Virus record (IMG/VR): IMGVR_UViG_3300017565_000001
Coordinates: 333,741-397,740 of that record
Length of the DNA stretch: 64,000 nucleotides
Strand: one strand, 5' to 3'
Origin: a virus
Lineage: Duplodnaviria > Heunggongvirae > Uroviricota > Caudoviricetes
The position numbers and the translations under genes are program-made. Shown here piece after piece: positions 27,801 to 37,251 of the stretch. Below the pieces are notes generated by a model, which saw only the letters and a list, made by a program, of their open reading frames with translations, had not been told where the DNA came from and ran no database searches. Position 1 is the stretch's first letter; the number at the start of each line of letters is the position of its first letter.

Positions 27801-30800
27801 AAGTCGGCGGCGCGGTTCTTGGTCTTACTGCTGAACCATTGTTCAAACGCAAATGTTTCGTCACCAGCCACCCAATTGCTTTCAACAAATCGAGCAGGCT
27901 TCATCAAGTAACTCAAGTGAGGGATCGTGAAGCTGGCCGAATAACTATTCCACCACATCATTTCGATTGGGGAACCATCACCAAAAGCCCATGGATTGCC
28001 GTACTTTTGCAAACCCGTATCCAACACGATGCCGGCTTCAACTGGATTCAACAGGTTACCCTGATCATCAACTGGAATGAAACGCGCCGCCGATGCTCGA
28101 GCATAGGTTTCGTTAGCTTCTCCGTTTGGATCAGCTTGGCCATTTTCGATAGCTGCAATCAAGGAAGCGCGTTTGGCGCTGTCCGTCCATGAGTACAGTG
28201 CATCCCAGAAGCTTGGCTTGCTTGTGTAGCCAAACATCTCCCAGGGGTGCGTGTGGGGACGATCAGTGTCAAAGTAATGACGGTAGATACCACGCCAGTA
28301 GCCTGGCAGTGCTTCACCATCAACATCCAGCAAAGTATTGTAGTTCCAAGTGAACGGATCATTTGCAACATACAATTCATTCTTGCGATAGTTGTAGCCG
28401 TTTTGAGCAGCCCAACGTTCAAACATTGGACGTGCCACTTGGTTGAGCTCGTCACGTGAGTAATCACGTGTGCGGAACTTACCAGAAGTGTAAACAGTCA
28501 GATCAAATATTGGGCGCTCACTCTTGAACTTGTTGTTGGTGCTGTCGTAAATCATGCGTTCCAACGTCAAAGTCACAACGTCGCGACCGCTGAATACGAT
28601 TTGATTCGTATCAACATCAAAAGTGGAAGTACCGCGAGTCAAACTACCATCATGGCCGCGCAACAGAACAGTGCCATTTTCAACGAAGATTTCGGGAACC
28701 CACAACGGGCTCATACCCAAATACGCGCCGGTGGCGGGAATGTAGTATTCACCAATAACACCAGTGTTGGCAAAAGGAAAATCAGGCGTCTTAGCTGATT
28801 TCAACATCGTCAGCAATTGCAAGACGGTTGATTCTGGATCAACAATGGAATTTGAATTAGCCCAACTATTCAAAGCTTGGTTGAACTTGTTGCGGAAGCG
28901 CAAATATTCGCGTTCATTGTAAATCGTAGATTTCTGGAAGTCCAAAGCTGAATTGCTGCAAAGAAGCATAGTCTTCAACAATGGGCTACGATGTTGCAGG
29001 ATAGAACGACCCAAACTCAAGTCAAAGAAGTCACTATCCTTCGTCCAGTCATTACCTTCACGAACAACCTTGAAGTGGTTATTCCATTCGTTGGATGAGA
29101 TCGTGGTGATTTCTTGATTCAGTGGGTTGGCTTGAAGATTGAATGGGATGGCGTAGAAACCATCAGCATTCTTATCTTGGTACGAACGACCTGCAGGTTG
29201 CCACACTGAATGCAGCGTATCCTCACCGCCTTCAACCAAATCATAGAACTTCAAACCATCAACGGTTCCACTCTGATACGTGATAACATCGGTGTTGATA
29301 TGGTTGGTAAACTCCAGACTACCATATTTGTTGCGGCTGACATCGATCCCCAGGATCTTGTCCTGTAGGGTTCCACGCTTGTATGCGAAGATCTTGCTGC
29401 CACGGAATGTAGTACCGGGCAGTTCTGACAGCATACGCCCTTGTGTGTCAAACAGTTCAAACAATGGCTCACTGCCATCATTCCATTGCTGTGTGACCCA
29501 ATTGGAACCGTCAAACCACCACGACTGTGCTTCGTCAATCAAAGCAACCGAGTCATAACGTTCTGGCATAGGTACTGTTGCGGCATCTTCCAAAGAAGTT
29601 AGACGCATACCATATTCCCAGTACTCATCGTTTGGGACATCCCAGTTGCTGAGTTCCAGATCAACGCCAACGCCATCCCATTCCATGGAATTAGTCAACA
29701 CTTCACCAGTCAGAATCTTCTTTTCAGCATTTGCTTGGGAGTTACGATTCACCAAGATGCGGATAGTGTTGGTGCCAGTTTGACCAATAGGTGGGAAGGT
29801 GATACCACGAACCCCACCGGTAATTGCCATCAAACCAACATCCATTTGTCCGATCATTGAGTACGGAGTATCCGAAGGATCATCCCAGCGGGCATTAACG
29901 TCCTGAAGACCATTAAATCCGTGATTGACCAAACGCAAGCTCTTATGAAACTCGATAATTGGACGAATAGCTTGGGTGGGCTGGTAATCCTCATGTGCAA
30001 AGAACATGAGGTCCTTGTGATACCAATGATTGGTGCGGCTCCAACGGTTAACGTTTTCGGCACCCTGCTCAATGGTCCAATACATGGGTTCTTCTACCCG
30101 AACTCCGGTTTGTGTCGGGGCGATCAAATCCAACAAACCATTTTCGTCACGAATGACCTGGTATACGTTGAATCCATTGTTGTCCTTGATTGCAACACTC
30201 ATTCCAGCACGCAAAGGAGGCGCATTTTCCACCAAAGATGGACCGTAGGTGACAGTCTTCGTGCCACCTGAAGTCTCAATCTGAGTGGTGATGTAGCCGT
30301 ACACTTGAACGGGGTGCAGATACTCTGCCTTACCCACGATGTTTTGTGTATAGTTGGCATTAGACCAGATCTCGATTACATCACCAGCAGGCCATGCACC
30401 GCTGAACACAACGTTAGCGCCCATGATGGTAAAACCGTTGTCCTGGTTCCCATCAACAGTTGGACCACCCGTGTTGCCATCCAGAACTCCATTCTGATCG
30501 TCGTTGCCGTCAACCACACCTTCGTTCGTGACTGGTACACCATTACGATGAATCACATAGTCGACCACCATGCCCGGAATAGCCGTAGGCAGGGGGTAAA
30601 CAGTTTGGAACCCATCAGAAACAGTATATGAATAGAATGGGTTATCATTCGTACCATTACCATCGTCATCACGGAAACCCAAGTCAAACAACATGACTGG
30701 GGGACCATCAGGCAACCAATAGTAGTCACGGTAACGAGTCAGCTTGTCGATGTTGATTGGAGGACACCAGCTGTAAAAGTCGGTCTCCAACAAACGTTCA

Positions 30801-31117
30801 TGATTTTCAGTAATAGCACCTTGGAATCGCAGTTGATTGATCAGGTCTGGATAGAACAACAGATCTTCAAATGTACCATCGGTTGCTTTCGTGGTCATGG
30901 CAGGTTCAAGCTGATAGAATTCCCGATCAGCGTTGATTTCACTCTTGTAAAAGTCTTTCGAGGGGTCGAAATACGAAGGCTTTCGACCAATGAAAGCATT
31001 TACGCTTTGGGTCTCGCCCGGTTGAAACACCTGATCCACTGTCGCATTGAAAAACTTCTGAAGCGTAGTGGTTTGGTGAATAACCGGAAGTTGCGAGATG
31101 AAACGTCTTTTTGCCAT
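21809..31117 (-). CDS. giant baseplate wedge-like structural protein (gp7-like position)
   Basis: 3102 aa directly after gp6; YINEVKPYHVK motif, CBM5/12-like W....Y..G..V.YNG..Y.C...HTS segment. Confidence 0.7.
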   Translation of the reverse strand: MAKRRFISQLPVIHQTTTLQKFFNATVDQVFQPGETQSVNAFIGRKPSYFDPSKDFYKSEINADREFYQLEPAMTTKATDGTFEDLLFYPDLINQLRFQGAITENHERLLETDFYSWCPPINIDKLTRYRDYYWLPDGPPVMLFDLGFRDDDGNGTNDNPFYSYTVSDGFQTVYPLPTAIPGMVVDYVIHRNGVPVTNEGVVDGNDDQNGVLDGNTGGPTVDGNQDNGFTIMGANVVFSGAWPAGDVIEIWSNANYTQNIVGKAEYLHPVQVYGYITTQIETSGGTKTVTYGPSLVENAPPLRAGMSVAIKDNNGFNVYQVIRDENGLLDLIAPTQTGVRVEEPMYWTIEQGAENVNRWSRTNHWYHKDLMFFAHEDYQPTQAIRPIIEFHKSLRLVNHGFNGLQDVNARWDDPSDTPYSMIGQMDVGLMAITGGVRGITFPPIGQTGTNTIRILVNRNSQANAEKKILTGEVLTNSMEWDGVGVDLELSNWDVPNDEYWEYGMRLTSLEDAATVPMPERYDSVALIDEAQSWWFDGSNWVTQQWNDGSEPLFELFDTQGRMLSELPGTTFRGSKIFAYKRGTLQDKILGIDVSRNKYGSLEFTNHINTDVITYQSGTVDGLKFYDLVEGGEDTLHSVWQPAGRSYQDKNADGFYAIPFNLQANPLNQEITTISSNEWNNHFKVVREGNDWTKDSDFFDLSLGRSILQHRSPLLKTMLLCSNSALDFQKSTIYNEREYLRFRNKFNQALNSWANSNSIVDPESTVLQLLTMLKSAKTPDFPFANTGVIGEYYIPATGAYLGMSPLWVPEIFVENGTVLLRGHDGSLTRGTSTFDVDTNQIVFSGRDVVTLTLERMIYDSTNNKFKSERPIFDLTVYTSGKFRTRDYSRDELNQVARPMFERWAAQNGYNYRKNELYVANDPFTWNYNTLLDVDGEALPGYWRGIYRHYFDTDRPHTHPWEMFGYTSKPSFWDALYSWTDSAKRASLIAAIENGQADPNGEANETYARASAARFIPVDDQGNLLNPVEAGIVLDTGLQKYGNPWAFGDGSPIEMMWWNSYSASFTIPHLSYLMKPARFVESNWVAGDETFAFEQWFSSKTKNRAADLKSLVHNEMTGTTATRVLGVQVWIGDYLRSQGANVTTSFGNKVRSLSANIAHKLGGFVDPASVKAFTENSGLVPQEDVNIALYRSPSIREEFYGGVIVEWTGKGWRVFGYDVVNPVFTINPIRETGRKFKISIGDDGPSAVDWRVDTYYQSGVLVQYNGTNYRCIKSHTSGRAFEQNFWTPESTGKFSPASSLIWHKDHEDFVDTVPYGTEFYSRQDIADFLSGYQKNLENDGWVFDYYDNEANVIKDFRYSAQEFLYWTQAQWEAGTFIALSPASTSVKFTTDHGTVQNVEQLVHGVYSLLDRQGVAVPSSTVTVNRLDDEINIGVTAGGIFGSRVFVSEVEQALIFNNKTIFSDVIYDQLFNLRQNRIRLVALLSTEWKGRLDAPGFVITDNRLVPSFERQAEDIRYMYDIEKTINLPLRDNARHQIGYQNRSYLENLMYNDINQFEFYQGMIQQKGAPGVFKRLMRNSELTQTRSLSFLEEWAFRKGQFGGVESRSTFEFEFNKELVLQDPQLVVAKNESLWDYFVYDVHPYGMSTPDEMANHDSKEDTIISLYKSVEGTDSRWIVPPTGNLFEIQESYVREKGWLPTAGYARTSDVKWPALDLAALNVVVAESIDDIVMGDRVWIYKDHKGSWDVYRATAYSTDANEIAGFGAEMDGTVITFAAPTTFKVGDVMYIEKNMQVDSEELVGAHVINWVSEDLTQVRVGVDTLNVKTYMEDEERALAFKLESVRFRFDTDTPVNRSLITATLLNNSQVEYLGLGDYQDGELIYVDACYEFAFQHKMPEVHRRWSVFQKSNGQFTRVRTQPELIRRDRIVDVKIFENRSVRTDRVLNAKPLRYGEIVSFAPVQGLIVGQADKELFYKLPYDPAYYNEGSTQNVGMQWGAAQVGRLWWDLNSVRFLIAETSDIMDDAEKLYRTSNWGKLAPNTSVDVYEWTRSTLTPSEWQTAFENNSDPNTYDGEVLNAADPSWVESQEWNAQLGRFITVYYFWVKNRKMTPVSNEAREISAFEVSRMIENPTSAGLAWVAPMDENSFIIAGVDQFLSSNSSLQFTVARNEAQVPLHVEWDLMREGDERSLPIQSLWTKFVNSLTGRNAWGASLPSMDRYYTDRIGFDVENGQNLFRDVKVARKRAVQHLNEIFARTPMVETRRGLEILNGADGKNEFLHWTQADESYFVEPLPQQAFWGQKFNDEDNLSNLTPDLVYLLKDSDQFWSVMQRDDNGLAITVKLFDHVVDNLAELKALESALQAGTATVELEVGQRIKVDDDINLETGGFWTLWEIKAGFVLELVASQRYDSSDIWSYVDWYETGYDVLNAPRDVFATATDRNNAQLTNPYLTFAKVLDDGRGRWMWTELRDGIWQIVAKQAGTIKLSDTVWENTGTFLEDSMESLGKTTDTFDPVVFGNLVVARDQGYEFNKVLNSLREGVLTDLETNEMFFGWVHYAHTEQDFIDWSFKTSFMYVTGYSDRLRQDPIAFADLTSNLLSYINEVKPYHVKVRDFISKYGVDTEVANVMALDFDKPAYYDVALGRNRILDARVPADVAIMQGGMWKHWYNQFAFNNNAKVRKMNITLAPLDVADIHIGETINMKIYRQDGPAVHGEYGWDYIRYDGISAYDWDETITTEDYLDRYFDPEQYGRAVLDYFEWDMTAGNPRVLARRINEDEDTDDTLTFTVHKGVNHAVEAALELDYISENRRGWWVVTAPAVNGPYTTPSNPSTNPGGPGGSVLFNREITDAPGTTLYSYWIQSNPPQDGMTPTQWASTYGQMVGECSGPDGDENQTTITIDSSGIGVDSMPSTGNYSGTALQAAQAIAQIKQSNMGIGECGTASCKGQYNVLTGSSSYCDVTEQITQTVPLIYSFETDYLTGEITHEAQVVALHCYPMPDLASAKIETFIVTANSINSVNVQDIAMPWSMVVSILAPDVPDPLSTKGFWHLELGTPHFTYQFELPDNGSWAPDGNTFNQVPLPNPYYGCSPNASEILNYPSILKFQEN

Positions 31118-34100
31118 TATGAGATCCTAAGGTTGGCCATTGTGTTGCCGTCGATGATTACAACGTCTTCGACTTGTGCTGTACTTATAAAGACTTCGTC
31201 TGTATCGCAGCGGACTTCGAAGAGTTCACCGAATTTGCCATTATCAGCTAGGGGAACGATCACTACAGAACTGATTGCAGCCGCCAATCGAATGTGCAAA
31301 TATGCTGCCAGCTCGGTGTAGTAGAAGGTTTCCCCAAATTCCCACTTATTTACGTCAAAATAATCATTGATCGCCTGGATTACTCGTGAGCGAATTTCAC
31401 CGTCACTCAACGAGGTATTGGGTAGACGAACGATCTTGAATTGTGCTTGTACCTCAGGACGTGCCTGGCTACCAAACAGATACTTGTATTTGACTGGACG
31501 CCATACCAACTGATCACTGAACATTTTGTATTGTTCAAAGTCCTGGAAGGTGTTCTTCAAATCCAAGTCTGATGGTGCGGCAGGAATATCGTCTTCCGGA
31601 GTGCCATCTTTAATCCATTGGCGAGTCAGGAAGTCATACTCAGAAGTCAGAACAAAAATGTCGATGATGTTCGTGACAGCTGGGTCAATACGAACATCGG
31701 AACCAGCGAAGTGGTCCCATTGGAACCGCAAGCTGCTACGACCCATCTCATAAACCAAAGACTCATCAACTGATGGCTCGTAAGCATTCAGAGATTCATT
31801 CCAAGTATAGAAGCCACGAGTGGAATCATTAGCTTGGGTACTTCCCTTCACAAAAACATCAGCCCCGTTGTAATTGGTTGGTAGCGTTGTGAACTGCTTA
31901 ATATCCGAACGCGGATTCAACTTCTGGAAAATGTCCTGCAGGTCCTTTTGGAACAATGCAAAGTCCAGAGGTTGAGAACTGCCATATTCGATATTGGCCA
32001 CATAATCAAAGCTGTCTGGCACATCAACTACACCATCGGCATCAGAATCCGTGGGGACTACCACTACCTTGCGGAAGTCCGCGAGTCCGTCAGGATCGTA
32101 AACATTATCCACGATATCAAATGTCACGCTTTCAGCCTTACGACCATCGACTTCGTATTCAGGCCATACGATTTTGATTGCATCACGACGGTCAACACCT
32201 GACTTGCTATCAAGAACTTTGTGATTCTTCAAATCATGCCAGCGCACATCAGCAACACTCTCAAATACGTATCTGGTGCCGATGGCTGTTTCAAAGCTCC
32301 AGAATAATCCACCGTTATATGAGCCACTTAGCACCACAATGGCAGAGCCTTCAGGAGCTGGTTCACTTGGTTCCTGAATGTGCCATTGCCCAGCAAGAAT
32401 CAAGGTCGAATACGACAGAATGCTTTGTTGATCAATCACATACCAGAGTTTGAATGGCTTCTTCAACGAGATAAATTCTTCCAGCTTTTGAACTTCACTG
32501 CTAGTACCCAGATCATCACGTTCCATTTCTCGGGTATCGAGAGTTGCTCGATATGGTGGAACGATCAAACGCATCACCGCACCATCAGGAATGGATTCGT
32601 CCAATGTTACTGGCTCAAGCTGCGGGTTTGTTAGATCAGTACTGAATACACAAGAAGTCGTGCTGGAGTTCAGTTTGGTGGTCATTACTTTGGCCCAACC
32701 AATCATGGTCTCGCCGTCAACTTGCCATTCAAACTTGATCTTGGCGTTAGGGCTGAGGAATTTCTGAACTGCATCGCGATCGGCTTGTGGTGCATCACTC
32801 CAAGGAGCCCCAGTATATGGACAGTATGCATCAGTTTGATTCCCACTGGCATCAAAATAACCTACCGAACTAGTGCCATCACTACGCACCGACTTCCATT
32901 GGAAATTGTCATGGCTGAAGTGAGTCCCAAAAGAATCAACATTGGCCAACGTGTAATCCAAGAAATAGCTCTTCACATTGGGGTGTTCCAACATGGGTTG
33001 AATCTTCTTGGATACCATCTGTTCTGGGGAATAGTTGGCACTCAATGATACCTGGGTGTATTGATTCGCATTGAATTCCTTGTACAAAATACCGTCTTGA
33101 GACAGAACCGTCGTATCCTGCAGAGTTGCCGTAGGATCATTGATATCAATGAAACGACTGTGGCCGCTGTAAACACGGTTTACAGCACGCATTTTCACAA
33201 TTTCATTCGAACTCAGCGGGAATACGTTGTAGTCTTCACCGCTAACCATACGGTTTTGCGTGCCATAAACTTGTGGCGCCCGTTCACGAATCTGGTCGAT
33301 AGTTTCAGAGGCCAAAGCATTGCTTACGGTTTCCTGCAGGCTGAATTTGATAGTCAGATCCTGTGAACGGCCATAGGTATCCACATATGGAATAGTTACT
33401 GTGATGTTTTCCATATCACGAGGACGAATCTGATATTGACGACCATTTACCGTACGGAACCACACCTTCAAGTTACCGATAGGCACTGCGCCAAAACGAC
33501 CATCCGAGAAGCGCAATGACACGGTGTCATCGTCTCTGGTGATTACGCTGAAGATGTCACGAACGTTTGCATCAATTTCGTTGAATGTGATATTTTGGCT
33601 GAAGATTGCAGGTACTTTGGTCCAATTAACAGTCACATTGTTGCTGTCATCGAGTGTTTGGAACCATACGTCAGTTTCACTGATGTTATTGGTGTCAATG
33701 TCGATAAGACGGTTTTCAATAGGGTTGACGATGGTGTAATTTTGTTGGTTGATGCTTCCCTGCTTGAAAAACAGGAAAAATCCAGTACGAGTGCTCGCAT
33801 TGCCCTTGCCGTCGTTACGGTATAGCATGTGGAAACTATTGGCTGGGTCTGGAGTGCGTTCGCTAAAACCAACTTCATCCTCAAAGTCAACGTTCACTAG
33901 CTCAAATTGCTCATTCGAACCATCAACTACCGCCCCAAAAGAGTAAACGCAATTGGGGTTACGGGCCGTATTCATCGCATACAATTGAGTAGTAGCGCCA
34001 CCAAGTGTGCCACTCTTCAACGGAACGCCGTAGGGGTTGATTGATGGGAAGGTAGCATTCAGAACCAGAGTGAATTGCTCCATCCAATCAGGATTGTCCG

Positions 34101-34539
34101 GATCGTTCCATTTCACCGATGTGTTGTTGAGGTTCACACCAAAGCTGTCAACCACACTCTGTGTGGTCCTGACTTCTGTAATCTTCACCATACCCCTGGC
34201 TGATTGCGCTCTACGGGGGTTGTAGGACAGGAATCGAGCAAGACGCAGAACTGATTCACGAGCCTGTGCCACTTCCAGGAAGTTTTCTCTGGCGTTCACG
34301 TCTGTGCGGAATGCCAAACTACCAGCAAGCCAGCTCAAGAGATCGATAATTGCTACGAATTCAGATGATTCAATCCAGTCATTGAAATCTTCTGGATAGT
34401 TTGTCTGAATGTACTGACGCAGTGCTGCGTTGATGCTTTGGGGATCATACGCATTGAAGTTAATCTGGTTAAACGCTCGGTACAGGACAGTCCAGTCCTC
34501 ACCAGAAAATAGTTCAGTTTGGCGGAGTGCTTGACTCAT
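31117..34539 (-). CDS. gp6: baseplate wedge subunit gp6-like
   Basis: DFND..ESSEF.A.IDLL, FL.VA..RESV.RLA..L.YNP.R, FSDG.FG..P, E....IR..AP..Y..QNRMV...DY. Confidence 0.88.
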   Translation of the reverse strand: MSQALRQTELFSGEDWTVLYRAFNQINFNAYDPQSINAALRQYIQTNYPEDFNDWIESSEFVAIIDLLSWLAGSLAFRTDVNARENFLEVAQARESVLRLARFLSYNPRRAQSARGMVKITEVRTTQSVVDSFGVNLNNTSVKWNDPDNPDWMEQFTLVLNATFPSINPYGVPLKSGTLGGATTQLYAMNTARNPNCVYSFGAVVDGSNEQFELVNVDFEDEVGFSERTPDPANSFHMLYRNDGKGNASTRTGFFLFFKQGSINQQNYTIVNPIENRLIDIDTNNISETDVWFQTLDDSNNVTVNWTKVPAIFSQNITFNEIDANVRDIFSVITRDDDTVSLRFSDGRFGAVPIGNLKVWFRTVNGRQYQIRPRDMENITVTIPYVDTYGRSQDLTIKFSLQETVSNALASETIDQIRERAPQVYGTQNRMVSGEDYNVFPLSSNEIVKMRAVNRVYSGHSRFIDINDPTATLQDTTVLSQDGILYKEFNANQYTQVSLSANYSPEQMVSKKIQPMLEHPNVKSYFLDYTLANVDSFGTHFSHDNFQWKSVRSDGTSSVGYFDASGNQTDAYCPYTGAPWSDAPQADRDAVQKFLSPNAKIKFEWQVDGETMIGWAKVMTTKLNSSTTSCVFSTDLTNPQLEPVTLDESIPDGAVMRLIVPPYRATLDTREMERDDLGTSSEVQKLEEFISLKKPFKLWYVIDQQSILSYSTLILAGQWHIQEPSEPAPEGSAIVVLSGSYNGGLFWSFETAIGTRYVFESVADVRWHDLKNHKVLDSKSGVDRRDAIKIVWPEYEVDGRKAESVTFDIVDNVYDPDGLADFRKVVVVPTDSDADGVVDVPDSFDYVANIEYGSSQPLDFALFQKDLQDIFQKLNPRSDIKQFTTLPTNYNGADVFVKGSTQANDSTRGFYTWNESLNAYEPSVDESLVYEMGRSSLRFQWDHFAGSDVRIDPAVTNIIDIFVLTSEYDFLTRQWIKDGTPEDDIPAAPSDLDLKNTFQDFEQYKMFSDQLVWRPVKYKYLFGSQARPEVQAQFKIVRLPNTSLSDGEIRSRVIQAINDYFDVNKWEFGETFYYTELAAYLHIRLAAAISSVVIVPLADNGKFGELFEVRCDTDEVFISTAQVEDVVIIDGNTMANLRIS

Positions 34540-34541
34540 AA

Positions 34542-34925
34542 TTAATATCCTTGTTCCGTCTGTCTTGTTTCAAAGTTAACCGTAAACACATCAACCACAT
34601 CCAGGGGCACATACAGAAGCGTGATGCTCACTTGAATTGCATTGTGGGTGGTTTGAACGTCGGGGGAACCCTGCAGTCTAACCCTTGAATCACTTTCGCA
34701 AATACGAATAGCTTCTTGTTGGACTGCATTTTTGATGTAGTCGGTGAATGGTTCCATCAGGTAATCCCAGATACGGCAGCCGTACTCTGGTCGCATCACT
34801 CGCTCACCTATACGAGTGTTGAAGTGATTGAGCAAATCTTGCTTGATGAGCTCAAGATCGTACATCTTGAAGCTCTTAGCTTGCGTGCTTCCTACAGTGC
34901 TGAATCCAGTGAAAATTGCGCTCAT
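34542..34925 (-). CDS. gp25: baseplate wedge subunit gp25-like
   Basis: D.ELIKQDL.N.FNTR.GER.M.PEYG..I...L.EP, DSRV. Confidence 0.9.
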   Translation of the reverse strand: MSAIFTGFSTVGSTQAKSFKMYDLELIKQDLLNHFNTRIGERVMRPEYGCRIWDYLMEPFTDYIKNAVQQEAIRICESDSRVRLQGSPDVQTTHNAIQVSITLLYVPLDVVDVFTVNFETRQTEQGY

Positions 34926-34994
34926 GGGAGTTCCATTGTTATCGATGTATTTATTCGTCCCATAAACTACGTAGATAATAGTTACGTGTTCGCT

Positions 34995-35023
34995 TTGACT
35001 TGTAAACGTGGCGGTAATACTTT
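34995..35023 (+). promoter_or_regulatory. sigma70-like promoter (TTGACT-17-TACTTT)
   Basis: Upstream of the AGGAG-preceded ORF at 35039. Confidence 0.45.
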
Positions 35024-35038
35024 GTCCCTAAGGAGAAC

Positions 35039-35347
35039 ATGATGAGTAGTTACACGGTTTTCAGTAGGATCCCGGGGTATGTGGCTCACGTTGGCTGGGA
35101 TGCCTTGGGACAAACTTATTTCGCCTCAATCAAAGAGCTTGATGAAAACGAAGATGAACCCGACATTCAATTCTTGGTGGGTTCGTGGATGGATGATTCC
35201 TGTGATCGAGCAGATGAGCTCGTGAGGAAAACGATGGCTTATATGGTGATCCCCGATCACGTCCTAGAGGCTGTAATCAGGGATCGAATGCAGGATCCTG
35301 CTCCTGTGGGTATCATCTTTATTACTGACACCCCGTCATACCATTAA
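35039..35347 (+). CDS. hypothetical protein inserted antisense in the baseplate cluster
   Basis: Strong AAGGAG SD, own promoter; converges on the gp5-like gene. Confidence 0.7.
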   Translation: MMSSYTVFSRIPGYVAHVGWDALGQTYFASIKELDENEDEPDIQFLVGSWMDDSCDRADELVRKTMAYMVIPDHVLEAVIRDRMQDPAPVGIIFITDTPSYH

Positions 35348-37251
35348 GCTGTGGGGTTGTATCCCCTGTAGGCGATTGAACGCGGCTCAATGAAGTTGCG
35401 GAAATAGGCCGTGATAGCCCCTACGGTCTTGGGAGAACCTTTGTCGAAAAAGATCCAAGGGTTCGCATTCGCCGCGTCTGAACCAGCAACTGAAACACCC
35501 GTTGCTGAACTATCCCCTAGGATCAATTTTGCGGCTGTTCTAGGGCCTGCAAAGTGAGCCATGTACAGGTGAGTGTTCGTAGGGCTTGCAACCCCATATC
35601 GCCTAAGAGCAGCACCGTTTTCTTTTGTAAGAAATGCAGCCATTAATGCGTTAGCGTATGGATCAAAACGATTATTGGGGATGTTGTAACGAGATCCATA
35701 GTTATTGTAGAGGTTGTCCCAAGTTGCGTTGAGGATCTGATACAAGCCCTTAGCTGATGAGTAAGGCTTGCCAGTCTTCTTGTTCATTGGGATAGCGTTG
35801 GGGTTGAAGCTACTTTCCTTTTCGGCCATAGCCATCATAAAGCCAAAGTCAACGCCGACCACTTCACTAGCTCGACGAATCGCAGCAACCACGTCCTCAG
35901 AAACATTAAAGGCGCCAATCTTTACCTTCTTGGCTTCTGCTTCTGCATCATATTCGACATCTTTCACTTCACCATCTCCAGTTCGTTGTTCTTTTGTTTG
36001 TGGAGCACTTTCAATTGGAGTATTGGGTGGAACGTCCGTCAACTGATCACCTGTACCCCTAATGGCAGCCGTTTGCCCCGGAATATCCCCTTGTGGGGGA
36101 TCTGTGTTGTTGGTCTTGGGGTGACCATTCCATGGCTCATGCGTGGGCATTACACTCACAGTCACATCAACGGTACCCTTACGGTCGGATCTAGTGAATG
36201 TGCCGGGAGTCGTGGCATCGGCTGCGTTGCCAATGTTATCGTAAATCATGCCATCTCGATAGATGGTATCAGCCTTAGTATTGTGAATTGGAGTGCTCTG
36301 ATTGATCACACTCATGCCAGTTTGATGAATGCCTGCGCCCGCCCATGTCAATACATCGGCACCAGCCTTCATATTGATGTTTTGACCAGCATCCAGGTTG
36401 ATATTTCGATCAGCTCTGAAGTTGAGATCTTGTTCAGCCCTAACGCTTGCACTGCCAGCCGTATAAACGTTCACACCATCATCACTCAACTCCAACCAGG
36501 TATTACCCTTCTTGGTGTTCATGTAGATGTAGCCGTTCGTTTCATGCACAAGTATCTGGACTCCAGAACGAGTGCGGAAACGCATGTATTCATTGGTGAT
36601 GTCGTCGTCTATGTACAGTTGATGCGACCGTGGAGTCAGCAGACCATACACCTTTGATGGCGCCTCACGTCTCGCACTAGCGTCAGTGGGTCCACGTTCA
36701 AAGTCACTGTAGAGTCCTTGTGCCAACAACCCCTGATGCAACGGGGTGAAGCGTGGACGAGTGGGTGAATTGGGGGTGACGCTACCATCCTTCTTGTTGT
36801 ATTCAGTGACTGGTGGCAAGATACCCTGTTGACCCTGGCTGAATGACACATTGCTGGCAACTCCAGGAACCATGTGATTCATGTTCTGTTGCCATACACA
36901 TGCAAACCAGAAACCCTTTGTGGGTTCACCATTAAGGAAGGTGACCAGAACTTCGTTATTGAGATCTGGTGGTACAAACCACATACCGTAGCTAACCTGG
37001 CTACCATCCATGCTCTGTGATCCATTCACGTTTGCATCGATGTTCGACACACCTGCAAATGGGCTCGCATAGCTGACGACAAACCAACGATCACGGTCGT
37101 TGGGATCCCCACCAAATTCAGGAATGTAAACGGCCAGACGTCCCATCTTTTGGACGTCTGTATTGCTTTTCACGATGCCAATATAGATTTTGCTGTCGTT
37201 TGGGCGACCAAATCCTGGCTCGTTATTATATCCTGGTTGCTTTTTCATCAC
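35344..37251 (-). CDS. gp5: gp5-like baseplate hub/spike protein with C-terminal lytic transglycosylase (SLT-like) domain
   Basis: OB-fold N-terminus (G.V..N.D...MGRL.V.IP, SYGMW.VPPD...VLV.F.NG), beta-helix-like repeats, PTHEPW..H; SLT motifs A..ESSFNP.A, SSAKGL.Q, YMAHFAG. Confidence 0.8.
   Translation of the reverse strand: MMKKQPGYNNEPGFGRPNDSKIYIGIVKSNTDVQKMGRLAVYIPEFGGDPNDRDRWFVVSYASPFAGVSNIDANVNGSQSMDGSQVSYGMWFVPPDLNNEVLVTFLNGEPTKGFWFACVWQQNMNHMVPGVASNVSFSQGQQGILPPVTEYNKKDGSVTPNSPTRPRFTPLHQGLLAQGLYSDFERGPTDASARREAPSKVYGLLTPRSHQLYIDDDITNEYMRFRTRSGVQILVHETNGYIYMNTKKGNTWLELSDDGVNVYTAGSASVRAEQDLNFRADRNINLDAGQNINMKAGADVLTWAGAGIHQTGMSVINQSTPIHNTKADTIYRDGMIYDNIGNAADATTPGTFTRSDRKGTVDVTVSVMPTHEPWNGHPKTNNTDPPQGDIPGQTAAIRGTGDQLTDVPPNTPIESAPQTKEQRTGDGEVKDVEYDAEAEAKKVKIGAFNVSEDVVAAIRRASEVVGVDFGFMMAMAEKESSFNPNAIPMNKKTGKPYSSAKGLYQILNATWDNLYNNYGSRYNIPNNRFDPYANALMAAFLTKENGAALRRYGVASPTNTHLYMAHFAGPRTAAKLILGDSSATGVSVAGSDAANANPWIFFDKGSPKTVGAITAYFRNFIEPRSIAYRGYNPTA

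Noticed and set aside
21809-31117. Possible intein or read-through fusion explaining the 3102-aa size
   Set aside because: No intein splice-junction or LAGLIDADG motifs were recognised and there are no internal stops; very large wedge proteins are plausible in jumbo phages
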